NCBI GenBank assembly: GCA_947624995.1
Contig: CANQMS010000004.1
Coordinates: 2,139-66,138, forward strand
Direction: 5' to 3'
Source of the DNA: an uncultured Clostridia bacterium
GTDB taxonomy: Bacteria; Bacillota; Clostridia; Oscillospirales; CAG-272
Length of the DNA stretch: 64,000 nt
Positions 37,484 through 45,988 of the stretch are shown here, piece after piece. The notes under the pieces are model-generated. The model had not been told where the DNA came from and did no database searches. It saw only the letters and a list, made by a program, of their open reading frames with translations. Positions within the stretch are counted from its first letter, which is position 1; every line of letters begins with the position of its first letter. Position numbers and translations under genes: made by a program.

Positions 37484-38773
37484 ATGAAAACTTACAGAAA
37501 AAAATTGAAGTTTTCAGCACTCGTACTTTCACTTCTCCTGATCGTCCCGACAGCCGCCGTCTGCACCGACGCCGCCAACGTCGTCTCCCCCGCGCTCGGC
37601 GTCCTTGCCAAGGACGTCGTCGTCAACGTCACCGGCATGAGCTCCGCTCCGGCAAAATTCTCGCCTGAGGATTTTGACTTTACGATCGGGCAGGAGGTCG
37701 GTAGCGTCACCGTTCTCACGCTTCCGGACGTTTCGGAGGGAACGCTGCTCCTTGACGGCTCGCCCGTCGCGGCAAATCAGAAGATCCCGCGCCGCAACAT
37801 CGGCAAACTCACGTTCCGCCCGTCGGCGCCGACCGCCGACACCTCGTTTTACGTCACCGTAAACGACAAATACGCGACAGAATGTCACGTCCGCGTCATC
37901 GAATCCGTCAATCTCTCGCCCGCCGTCACCGACGATGTCGCAAAGCTCTATATCGAGACGATGCGCGGCGCCGTTGTCCGCGGCTCCGTGACTGTGACCG
38001 ACCCCGAGGGCGGCGCGCTCGAGCTCGTCGTGACGGACATGCCGAAGAAGGGCACCGTCACCGTGACGGATCCCGCCGCGGGCGAGTTCATCTATACGCC
38101 GAACGAAGGCAAAAGCGGCTCCGACAGATTCTCGATGCGCGCATGCGACGAATACGGGAACTGGTCGGATGAGATCGCCGTTACCGTCCGCATCAACAAA
38201 AACAAGTCCGGCATCGAGTACACCGACCTCGCCGGTCACTGGGCTTATAACGACGCCGTAAAGATGACGGACGCCGGAATAATGGGCGGCGCGTATGTTA
38301 ACGGGCTCGCGTATTTCTATCCGGACACGGAGGTCACGCGCGAACAGTTCATCGCGCTCTTGATGAAAACGATCGGACTTTCCGACATTCCCGAGGTCAC
38401 AGACGCAAAATTTGCAGACGACGACAAGCTCGGCGACGATACGCGCAAATACGTCCGCGCCGCGAAGAAGCTCGGGTTCGTCTCCGGCAGCGTCGGTGAG
38501 GACGGCAAGCTGTACTTTGACCCCGACTCTCCGATATCGCGCGCCGAAGTCGCCGTTATCCTCCAAAACGTCATCAAAGTCAAGGTCACAGACGCCGTCC
38601 CCGTATTCTCCGACAGCGATTCGATCCCGTCGTGGGCACTTGAATCGGTGATCGCGATGAAACAGATCGGCGTGATGTCCGGCACGGAAGACGGCAAGTT
38701 CTCGCCGTCAGCGCCGCTCTGCCGCGCTGACGCCGCCTCGATCCTCTCCGCCGTCTACGACATGGTGGACTAA
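37484..38773 (+). CDS. Cell-surface protein with a signal peptide, Ig/cadherin-like repeats and three C-terminal SLH domains
   Basis: Signal peptide, then three SLH-type segments (YTDLAGHWAYNDAVKM...; FADDDKLGDDTRKYV...; FSDSDSIPSWALESV...). Confidence 0.8.
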   Translation: MKTYRKKLKFSALVLSLLLIVPTAAVCTDAANVVSPALGVLAKDVVVNVTGMSSAPAKFSPEDFDFTIGQEVGSVTVLTLPDVSEGTLLLDGSPVAANQKIPRRNIGKLTFRPSAPTADTSFYVTVNDKYATECHVRVIESVNLSPAVTDDVAKLYIETMRGAVVRGSVTVTDPEGGALELVVTDMPKKGTVTVTDPAAGEFIYTPNEGKSGSDRFSMRACDEYGNWSDEIAVTVRINKNKSGIEYTDLAGHWAYNDAVKMTDAGIMGGAYVNGLAYFYPDTEVTREQFIALLMKTIGLSDIPEVTDAKFADDDKLGDDTRKYVRAAKKLGFVSGSVGEDGKLYFDPDSPISRAEVAVILQNVIKVKVTDAVPVFSDSDSIPSWALESVIAMKQIGVMSGTEDGKFSPSAPLCRADAASILSAVYDMVD

Positions 38774-38797
38774 CTGAAGTTTTCTGCCGAAAAGCCG

Positions 38798-38842
38798 GTG
38801 TGGAAGCGCCCTCAAAAAGGCGCTTCCACACACATTTTCTCT
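38798..38842. terminator. Terminator hairpin between convergent genes
   Basis: A 13-bp stem GTGTGGAAGCGCC/GGCGCTTCCACAC with weak T tracts on both strands. Confidence 0.6.
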
Positions 38843-38919
38843 CCGATATACGTTTTTTTATGCACCCTGTGCGCTCTGCCGCTCCCGGTCCTTAATAGGC
38901 GGGCGGGGCTGATGCGCTG

Positions 38920-39603
38920 TCACTTAACGGAAGGCGCCGCGTATCCGTTTCCGCCGCCGAATTTTTCATGCACCGCGCCGATGTCCTCAACCGAAAGAAG
39001 ACCGCTTTCATACGCTTCACCGAGCGTCACGATCTCGTCCTTGGTGCAGACATAGATTTGAAACGAGTGGTTCATGCCGAATACATATCCTGCGACCTCT
39101 ATATTCCAGAGCGCCTGAAGCACCCCGTCTTCGACGACGACCGCGCAGCCGTTATAGACTCCGAGAGACCTGCTGAACACGTGATCGCCTACGATCTTTT
39201 CGCCGTCAAAGCGGCGGAGCGCCCCGCCGTCATTTATGATCCCCGCGTCCAGAAGCTCGCTTATATCCTCCTCGGAAAGCGTCTCTTTGACCGCCTCCCA
39301 TGGTTCGGCGCCGTTTTCTTCTGTTTCGTTTTCCGCCGTACCGTTATCCGGGGTGTTGCTTTCCGGTGTGCCGTTTTCCGACGTGCCGTTATCGGGGGTG
39401 CCGCTTTCCGGTGCGCCGCTTTCCGGTATTCCGTCTGCGGACGTGCCTTTATCGGATGTGCTGCCTTTGGGTGCCGCATCCGCGGCGGAGTGTGTTATAT
39501 CGGTCCCCCTCTCACCGGGTCTGTCCATGCACCCGGTCAGCGCCGCCGGAAAGGCGGCAAAAATGCAAAAAAGCGACAGTATAAGTGCGACTGATCTTTT
39601 CAT
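38920..39603 (-). CDS. Lipoprotein with an acidic Pro/Glu/Asn/Gly/Thr repeat region; function unknown
   Basis: Lipobox LTGC after MKRSVALILSLFCIFAAFPAA, with a GGGAGG SD. Repeats of the type ESGAPESGTPDNGTSENGTPESNTPDNG. Confidence 0.7.
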   Translation of the reverse strand: MKRSVALILSLFCIFAAFPAALTGCMDRPGERGTDITHSAADAAPKGSTSDKGTSADGIPESGAPESGTPDNGTSENGTPESNTPDNGTAENETEENGAEPWEAVKETLSEEDISELLDAGIINDGGALRRFDGEKIVGDHVFSRSLGVYNGCAVVVEDGVLQALWNIEVAGYVFGMNHSFQIYVCTKDEIVTLGEAYESGLLSVEDIGAVHEKFGGGNGYAAPSVK

Positions 39604-39801
39604 ATAAATACCTCCCGGCTTCGTGATTCTTTCCGATTTTATCAGTTTTCCCGACCGAATGGGCGGTCGGGCTTTTACTAAAGGCGGTCTGCTCTGCCAC
39701 CGCCGAATATATTTTACCACGTTTTGCCCGATTTGTCAAACTGCGGCGTCGAACGGTGAAAAACAGCGCGGCAGCAGTATGGCATGATGATAAAACGTGC
39801 G

Positions 39802-39833
39802 GAAAAAGGGGCGCCGGCATGTGCCGGCGCCCC
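39802..39833 (-). terminator. Intrinsic terminator after hydA
   Basis: Perfect palindrome GGGGCGCCGGCA/TGCCGGCGCCCC followed on the minus strand by TTTTTCC. Confidence 0.8.
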
Positions 39834-39847
39834 AGAAAACAGGTTTT

Positions 39848-41593
39848 TTATCTTGCGTATCTCTCGCGCTTGGTGTAGTGCGTGTGGAGAAGCTCGTGTG
39901 CCTTGTGACCGCCGACTTCGCCGAGGTACTCGTCGTAGAGCGCTTTGATCTCTTCATTCTCATGCGACTTTCTCTTCGGCTTGCCCTCGTCCTCGGCGTA
40001 AAGACCCTTCGCGCGCTCCGTCTTCGGATTCACGTACTGGAGGTCCTTCGAGGAGACGATAGGCGTACCGCCGCCCGTCACGCAGCCGCCCGGGCAGCCC
40101 ATGACTTCGATGAACGTGTAGTTCTTCTCGCCGCGCTTGATCGCTTCGAGCAGAGCGGACGCGTTGCCGGTGCCGTGTGCGACGGCGACCGTGATCTTCT
40201 TGCCGTCAAGGTCGATCTCGGCTTCCTTGATGCCCTCGATGCCGCGGACCTCGTGGAAGTTGACGTCCTTGAGTTCCTTGCCCGTCACCTTTTCGTAGAC
40301 GGTACGCAGAGCCGCCTCCATAACGCCGCCAGTCGCGCCGAATATGACGCCCGCTCCCGTGGACTCGCCGCAGAGCTTGTCAAATTCGCCGTCGGGCAGG
40401 CGCGCGAAGTCGATACCGGCGGACTTTATCATCCTTGCCAGCTCGCGGACCGTAATTACCGCGTCGACGTCCGCAAGACCGTCGTGCCCGAGCTCGGGAC
40501 GCTTAGCCTCGAACTTCTTTGCCGTACACGGCATGACGGAAACGACGTATATCTTCTTCGGGTCGATGCCTTCCTTCTCCGCAAAGTACGACTTGATGAC
40601 GGCGCCCGCCATCTCGTGAGGAGACTTGCAGGAGGAAAGATTCGGAATGAATTCGGGGTAGAACGTCTCGCAGTACTTGACCCAGCCGGGCGAGCAGGAC
40701 GTTATCATCGGGAGCGTGCCGCCCTCGCTCATGCGGGAGATGAGCTCCGTGCCCTCTTCCATGATCGTGAGGTCCGCGCCGAAATCCGTGTCGAACACCT
40801 TGTCAAAGCCCATGCGGCGGAGAGCCTCCGCGAGCTTGCCCGTAGCGACGGTTCCCATCGGCAGACCGAATTCTTCACCGATAGTCACTCGAACGGCGGG
40901 AGCCGGCTGAACGACAACGTACTTGTCCGGGTCATGCAGCGCCGCCCAGACGTCGCTGATATTTTCCTTTTCGTGGAGCGCGCCGACCGGGCACGCAAGG
41001 ATGCACTGTCCGCAGTTGATGCACGGGGAGTCCACGAGCGAGCGACCGAATATCGAGCCGACCGTCGTGTTGATGCCGCGCTTCGAGACGCCGATGGCGC
41101 CGATCTTCTGGACCTTGTTGCACGTCGCGATGCAGCGGCGGCAGGAAATGCACTTCGAATTGTCGCGGACTATCGAGGGAGAGAGCTCGTCGAGCGTCGT
41201 CTCGGAGCGTTCGCCGTCGTAGGGATAATCACGGACGCCGTATTCGCGGCAGAGCGCCTGGAGCTCGCAGTTTTCCGAGCGGACGCAGGAGGTACACTCG
41301 CGGTTGTGATTCGAGAGCAAGAGCTCAAGTATCGTCTTTCTTGACTTGCGGATCTTTTCGGTGTTCGTGTAAACTACCATCCCGTCGGAAACGGGGGACA
41401 CGCACGCCGCCTGGAGTCCTCTGCCGCCGACGACCTCGATGAGGCACATACGGCAGGCGCCGATCTGCTGTACATCCTTGAGATAGCAGAGCGTGGGGAT
41501 ATTTATGTTCGCTTCCCTCGCGGCTTCAAGCACCGTATAATCCGAGGGGACGGTCACCTTTATGCCGTCTATCGTAAGTGTTACGTTGTTCAC
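39848..41593 (-). CDS. hydA: [FeFe] hydrogenase catalytic subunit, M3-type (2Fe-2S + His-ligated 4Fe-4S + 2x4Fe-4S + H-domain)
   Basis: Plant-type ferredoxin N-terminus, HNRECTSCVRSENC, CISCRRCIATC and CINCGQCILACP. H-cluster motifs are TSCSPGW, MPCTAKKFE and EVMGCPGGCVTGGGTP. Confidence 0.92.
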   Translation of the reverse strand: MNNVTLTIDGIKVTVPSDYTVLEAAREANINIPTLCYLKDVQQIGACRMCLIEVVGGRGLQAACVSPVSDGMVVYTNTEKIRKSRKTILELLLSNHNRECTSCVRSENCELQALCREYGVRDYPYDGERSETTLDELSPSIVRDNSKCISCRRCIATCNKVQKIGAIGVSKRGINTTVGSIFGRSLVDSPCINCGQCILACPVGALHEKENISDVWAALHDPDKYVVVQPAPAVRVTIGEEFGLPMGTVATGKLAEALRRMGFDKVFDTDFGADLTIMEEGTELISRMSEGGTLPMITSCSPGWVKYCETFYPEFIPNLSSCKSPHEMAGAVIKSYFAEKEGIDPKKIYVVSVMPCTAKKFEAKRPELGHDGLADVDAVITVRELARMIKSAGIDFARLPDGEFDKLCGESTGAGVIFGATGGVMEAALRTVYEKVTGKELKDVNFHEVRGIEGIKEAEIDLDGKKITVAVAHGTGNASALLEAIKRGEKNYTFIEVMGCPGGCVTGGGTPIVSSKDLQYVNPKTERAKGLYAEDEGKPKRKSHENEEIKALYDEYLGEVGGHKAHELLHTHYTKRERYAR

Positions 41594-41606
41594 TTTACTG
41601 CCTCCC

Positions 41607-43397
41607 TTATTTCTTCGAAATTGCGCCGAATTTGCACGTTGCGAGGCAGACGCCGCACTTGATGCACTTCGACTGGTCGATCACGAACGGCTTCTTGATC
41701 TCGCCGGAGATAGCGCCGACCGGGCACTTCTTCGAGCAGAGCGAGCAGCCTTTGCACTTTTCGGGGTCTATCGTGATCTTCGCGAGCGCCTTGCACGCGC
41801 CGGCGGGGCATCTCTTTTCCTTGATGTGCGCCTCGTATTCGTCGCGGAAGTAGCGGATCGTGGAGAGAACGGGGTTCGGAGCCGTCTGTCCGAGACCGCA
41901 GAGAGCGGTCGCCTTGATCTCGTTGCCGAGCTCGATGAGCTTTTCGATGTCGCCTTCCTCGCCCTTGCCCTCGGTGATGCGGGTCAGGATGTCGAGCATT
42001 CTGCGCGTACCTATACGGCACGGAGCGCACTTGCCGCAGGACTCGGACACCGTGAACTCAAGGAAGAACTTCGCGATGTCGACCATGCAGTTGTCCTCAT
42101 CCATGACTATAAGTCCGCCGGAGCCCATCATCGAGCCGATGGAGATGAGGTTGTCGTAATCGACGGGAGTGTCTATCAGAGACGCGGGGATGCATCCGCC
42201 GGAAGGACCGCCGGTCTGCGCCGCCTTGAACTTCTTTCCGTTCGGAACGCCGCCGCCGATCTCTTCGATGATCGTGCGCAGAGGCGTGCCCATCGGGATC
42301 TCGACAAGACCCGTGTGGTTGATCTTGCCGCCGAGCGCGAAGACCTTCGTGCCCTTCGACTTCTCGGTGCCCATGGAGGCGAACCAGTCGGCGCCGTTCA
42401 GGATGATCTGCGGGATGTTCGCGTATGTCTCGACGTTGTTGATGACGGTCGGCTTGCCGAACAGACCCTTGACCGCCGGGAACGGAGGACGTGGACGCGG
42501 CTCGCCGCGGTTGCCCTCGATTGAGGTCAGAAGCGCCGTTTCCTCACCGCAGACGAACGCGCCTGCGCCGAGACGGAGCTGGATATCGAAATTGAATCCC
42601 GTACCGAAAATATTCTTGCCGAGCAGACCGTATTCGCGCGCCTGATCTATCGCGATGCGCAGACGCTTTACGGCGATCGGGTATTCGGCTCTTACGTAAA
42701 TGTAACCTTCGTCGGCACCGATGGCGTATCCGGCGATAGCCATAGCCTCGAGGACCTCGTGCGGGTCGCCTTCGAGAACGGAACGGTCCATGAACGCGCC
42801 GGGGTCGCCCTCGTCGGCGTTGCAGACGACATATTTCTTCGGGGCGGGAGCCGTGGCGAAGAGCCACTTTCTGCCCGTCGGGAATCCGGCGCCGCCTCTT
42901 CCGCGCAGACCGGACGCGAGCACGATGTCGATGACCTCCTGCGGCGTCTTCTCGGTTAAGCACTTGCCGAGCGCCTCATATCCGCGCCTTGCTATGTATT
43001 CGTCTATGTTCTCCGGGTCGATGACGCCGCAGTTGTGGAGCGCCACGCGGCGCTGCGAACGGTAGAACGCGGTGTCATTGAGCGAGTTCGCGGGCTCGGT
43101 CGAGCCTGCGACCGGATCCTTGTAGATGAGCCTTTCGACGGGGCGACCCTTGAGCAGGTGCTCCTCGACGATCTCGGGAATCTCCTCCGGGGTGACTCTC
43201 GAATAGAACGAGCCCTCGGGATATACGATCATTATGGGACCGAGGGCGCAGAGTCCGAAGCAGCCCGTCATGACTACCTTTACCTCATCCGTGAGTCCCT
43301 TTTTCTCGAGCTCTACTTTGAGAGCGTCTCTTACTTGCGCGCTGCCGGAAGAAGTACATCCGGTACCTGCGCAGATAAGAACGTGTGCACGATACAT
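41607..43397 (-). CDS. hydB: NuoF-like flavoprotein subunit of the hydrogenase (FMN/NAD(H)-binding, Fe-S)
   Basis: Thioredoxin-like N-terminus, GLRGRGGAGFPTGRKW, ESCGKCAPCR, and two C-terminal ferredoxin CxxCxxCxxxCP motifs. Confidence 0.92.
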   Translation of the reverse strand: MYRAHVLICAGTGCTSSGSAQVRDALKVELEKKGLTDEVKVVMTGCFGLCALGPIMIVYPEGSFYSRVTPEEIPEIVEEHLLKGRPVERLIYKDPVAGSTEPANSLNDTAFYRSQRRVALHNCGVIDPENIDEYIARRGYEALGKCLTEKTPQEVIDIVLASGLRGRGGAGFPTGRKWLFATAPAPKKYVVCNADEGDPGAFMDRSVLEGDPHEVLEAMAIAGYAIGADEGYIYVRAEYPIAVKRLRIAIDQAREYGLLGKNIFGTGFNFDIQLRLGAGAFVCGEETALLTSIEGNRGEPRPRPPFPAVKGLFGKPTVINNVETYANIPQIILNGADWFASMGTEKSKGTKVFALGGKINHTGLVEIPMGTPLRTIIEEIGGGVPNGKKFKAAQTGGPSGGCIPASLIDTPVDYDNLISIGSMMGSGGLIVMDEDNCMVDIAKFFLEFTVSESCGKCAPCRIGTRRMLDILTRITEGKGEEGDIEKLIELGNEIKATALCGLGQTAPNPVLSTIRYFRDEYEAHIKEKRCPAGACKALAKITIDPEKCKGCSLCSKKCPVGAISGEIKKPFVIDQSKCIKCGVCLATCKFGAISKK

Positions 43398-43416
43398 TTT
43401 ACTTACCTCCGATCCT

Positions 43417-43776
43417 TTACTTGCTTATGTACTCGGCAACGGGCTTGCCGCCCGCCACGTGCTCGGCAACTATGCGGCGCGCCGCATCCGGCGTCACTTT
43501 TACGTATGTGGTCTTCGTGCCGTTCTCGTCGATGACCTCGACGACAGGCGCGTTCTCCGCATCGCCGACGGCGCCGGACTGCATAACGGTCGCGCGGTCG
43601 GAAAGACCGCCTTCGGCTACGGCGTCAACGAGTGCGTGCAGGACCTCGCGCGCGCCCGCTTCGATCCCGCATGTGCCCATCCCGACAACGACGCGGGTCC
43701 CGTTTGCGCCGAGGCGCAGGGAAATCTTGTCCTTCATCTCCTCACGGATCCGGGCAAGCTCTTCGAGTGATTTCAT
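43417..43776 (-). CDS. HndB-like thioredoxin-fold ferredoxin-domain protein lacking most cluster cysteines
   Basis: VVVGMGTCGIEAGAREV resembles HndB / 2Fe-2S thioredoxin-like ferredoxins, but the protein contains only one Cys. Confidence 0.7.
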   Translation of the reverse strand: MKSLEELARIREEMKDKISLRLGANGTRVVVGMGTCGIEAGAREVLHALVDAVAEGGLSDRATVMQSGAVGDAENAPVVEVIDENGTKTTYVKVTPDAARRIVAEHVAGGKPVAEYISK

Positions 43777-44327
43777 AAATTTTCTCCTCCGAAAATAGTG
43801 TTTTTATTGTACTGCTCCTGCAAATATGCCGAGAGCGAGATGACCGCCTCCGGCGTCGATATCGGGACTTCTCCGAGCATCCGCCTCGCGGTCCTCGTAT
43901 CGAGCCCGGCACGGAATGATATCCCGCCGTCACACATATCGTGCGTGAAAACGAGGTCTCCGTCGCCGATCCCCGACAAGAGCGCGCGCACGGCGCCGAC
44001 AATATCGCCGAGCGGCGGCGACGTCTTCTTCGGAAACTCCGCCGAAACCGTCGTCCCGATTCGGGGTCTGCTCTCTATCGAGAACGTGCCGCTCGATGCG
44101 GACACAACGTCCGCAAATCTCGGCAGCCCGAGCCCGAGTCCGCACGGCTTTGTCGTGTACCCCTCAAAGAGGGAGAGGCGCAGCTCTTCTTCATCCATCC
44201 CGCGCCCGTCGTCGCTTATAACGACGTCGAGCACGTCCGCGGATTCGGATAGCTCAATTTCTATCAGCGACGCTCCGGACAAAATGGCGTTTTCGGCAAT
44301 ATCGAGGATATGGAGCGACAGTTCCAT
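43773..44327 (-). CDS. Histidine-kinase-like ATPase (GHKL) domain protein, hydrogenase-cluster associated
   Basis: N-box LDIAENAI, G1 DDGRGM and G2 GLGLGL, with no HisKA or sensor domain. Its ATGA stop/start overlap couples it to the next gene. Confidence 0.8.
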   Translation of the reverse strand: MELSLHILDIAENAILSGASLIEIELSESADVLDVVISDDGRGMDEEELRLSLFEGYTTKPCGLGLGLPRFADVVSASSGTFSIESRPRIGTTVSAEFPKKTSPPLGDIVGAVRALLSGIGDGDLVFTHDMCDGGISFRAGLDTRTARRMLGEVPISTPEAVISLSAYLQEQYNKNTIFGGENL

Positions 44328-44333
44328 CCGGTA

Positions 44334-44819
44334 TTACTTTGCCTGGTATTCTTCGAGGATCCCCTTGATGTCCGCGGGTGTCAGGCGCCCGTAAACCTTT
44401 TCATTGATCGTCATGACTGGGGCAAGACCGCAGCAGCCGAGGCAGCGCGTGTCCTGGATCGTGAACTTTCCGTCCTCCGTCGTCTGTCCGACGCCGATGC
44501 CGAGTATCTCGATGACCTTGTCGAGCACCGACTGTGCGCCCTTGACGTAGCAAGCCGTTCCCGTGCAGACGCTGATGACGTTGTCACCCTTCGGCGTCAG
44601 TGAGAACTGCGCGTAGAAGGTCGCAACTCCGTAAACGTCCGTTACGGGGATGCCGAGCGAATCGGCGATGAGCTCCTGGGTGTCGAGAGAGAGGTAGCCG
44701 AACAGCTCCTGCGCCTTCTGCATGATGGGCATGAGCGGTCCGTCGACGTCCTTGTGCTCGGCAATGAAAGCCTTGAGCTCCTCGGTCTTCGCCTCGATTT
44801 CCTTGGGTGTAAGTGCCAT
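44334..44819 (-). CDS. hydC: NuoE-like 2Fe-2S subunit of the hydrogenase
   Basis: VCTGTACYVKGA ... RCLGCCGLAPVM motif pattern. Confidence 0.92.
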   Translation of the reverse strand: MALTPKEIEAKTEELKAFIAEHKDVDGPLMPIMQKAQELFGYLSLDTQELIADSLGIPVTDVYGVATFYAQFSLTPKGDNVISVCTGTACYVKGAQSVLDKVIEILGIGVGQTTEDGKFTIQDTRCLGCCGLAPVMTINEKVYGRLTPADIKGILEEYQAK

Positions 44820-44871
44820 ACTTTATAAATCCTCCTTTTAGGGATCGTAGTATTGTTTTCAGTATCAACTC

Positions 44872-44900
44872 ATATTATCACAACTGCGTGAAAATATCAA
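44872..44900 (-). promoter_or_regulatory. Sigma-A-type promoter of the hyd operon
   Basis: The minus strand reads TTGATA-17 nt-TAATAT. Confidence 0.5.
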
Positions 44901-45079
44901 GTGGCATATTGCAAAAAAACGCTTTTTCCAGCAAAAAAGTATTTTTAACGTCAAACGGCGGCAGCCGCTTTTTTCACTCCCGCCGCACGCGCAGTTCACC
45001 CGCACTGAAATTTCGGGCGTGGCGCGATTTCATTTTTAATTTTTCGCTGCGGCGGCGCGCGGAAACGCGCAGAAAAATG

Positions 45080-45108
45080 TTTACAAACGCGACGGTACGT
45101 GGTATACT
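45080..45108 (+). promoter_or_regulatory. Sigma-A-type promoter of nfnAB
   Basis: TTTACA-17 nt-TATACT. Confidence 0.5.
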
Positions 45109-45144
45109 TACATTATTATAACTCAGCACTTTGGAGGCTGATCC

Positions 45145-45987
45145 ATGTATACTGTCGTTTATAAACGGGCGCTGAACCCGACGGTCACCGAAATGAAGGT
45201 GTCGGCGCCGCTCGTTGCAAAACGTGCCGAACCGGGTCAATTTATCATTCTCCGCGTCGACGAGGACGGCGAGCGCATCCCGCTGACCGTCGCCGACTAC
45301 GACCGCGAGGCGGGGACGGTCACGATAATCTTTCAGACGGTCGGGGCAACGACGATGAAGCTCGCCGCAAAAAACGTCGGCGACCAGATCGCCGACTTCG
45401 TCGGTCCGCTCGGGCGCCCGACGGAGACGGAGGGGCTCTCAAGCGTCGCCGTCATCGGCGGCGGCGTCGGCTGCGCGATAGCGTACCCCGTCGCGAAAAA
45501 GCTGCACACGCTCGGGGCGGCGGTCCACACCGTCGTCGGGTTCCGCACGCGGGAGCTCGTTATATTGGAGGATGAGTTCCGCGCCGTCAGCGACACGTTC
45601 TGCCTTATGAGCGACGACGGGACGGCGGGCGAGCGGGGGCTTGTGACGGACGCGCTGCGCCGCGCGCTCGACTCAGGCGAGCACTTCGACGAGGTCATAG
45701 CGATAGGTCCGCTCCCCATGATGAAATTCGTATGTAAGCTGACGAAGGAATATAACGTCAAAACGGTCGTTAGCATGAACCCGATAATGATAGACGGGAC
45801 CGGGATGTGCGGCTGCTGCCGCCTCACCGTCGGCGGGGAGATGAAGTTCGCCTGCGTCGACGGTCCCGACTTTGACGGGCATCTCGTCGATTTCGATGAG
45901 GCGATGTCGCGCGCCGCCATGTACCGCGAATTTGAATCGCGCGCCCGGGACCGGGCGTGCAATCTGCTGCGTGCGGAGGTGAAATGA
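45145..45987 (+). CDS. nfnA: NADH-dependent reduced ferredoxin:NADP+ oxidoreductase small subunit (SudB / DHOD-electron-transfer-like)
   Basis: FNR-like fold (GQFIILRVDEDGERIPLTVAD) and a C-terminal 2Fe-2S motif DGTGMCGCCR ... FACVDGPDF. Confidence 0.85.
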   Translation: MYTVVYKRALNPTVTEMKVSAPLVAKRAEPGQFIILRVDEDGERIPLTVADYDREAGTVTIIFQTVGATTMKLAAKNVGDQIADFVGPLGRPTETEGLSSVAVIGGGVGCAIAYPVAKKLHTLGAAVHTVVGFRTRELVILEDEFRAVSDTFCLMSDDGTAGERGLVTDALRRALDSGEHFDEVIAIGPLPMMKFVCKLTKEYNVKTVVSMNPIMIDGTGMCGCCRLTVGGEMKFACVDGPDFDGHLVDFDEAMSRAAMYREFESRARDRACNLLRAEVK

Positions 45988-45988
45988 A

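Noticed and set aside
44872-44900. Rex (redox repressor) operator in the hyd/nfn intergenic region. The spacer of the hyd promoter contains TTCACGCAGTTGTGA.
   Set aside because: The half-sites are in the opposite order (TCAC...GTGA) to the Rex consensus TGTGA-N6-TCACA, and only 4+4 bp are complementary. This is not enough to call.
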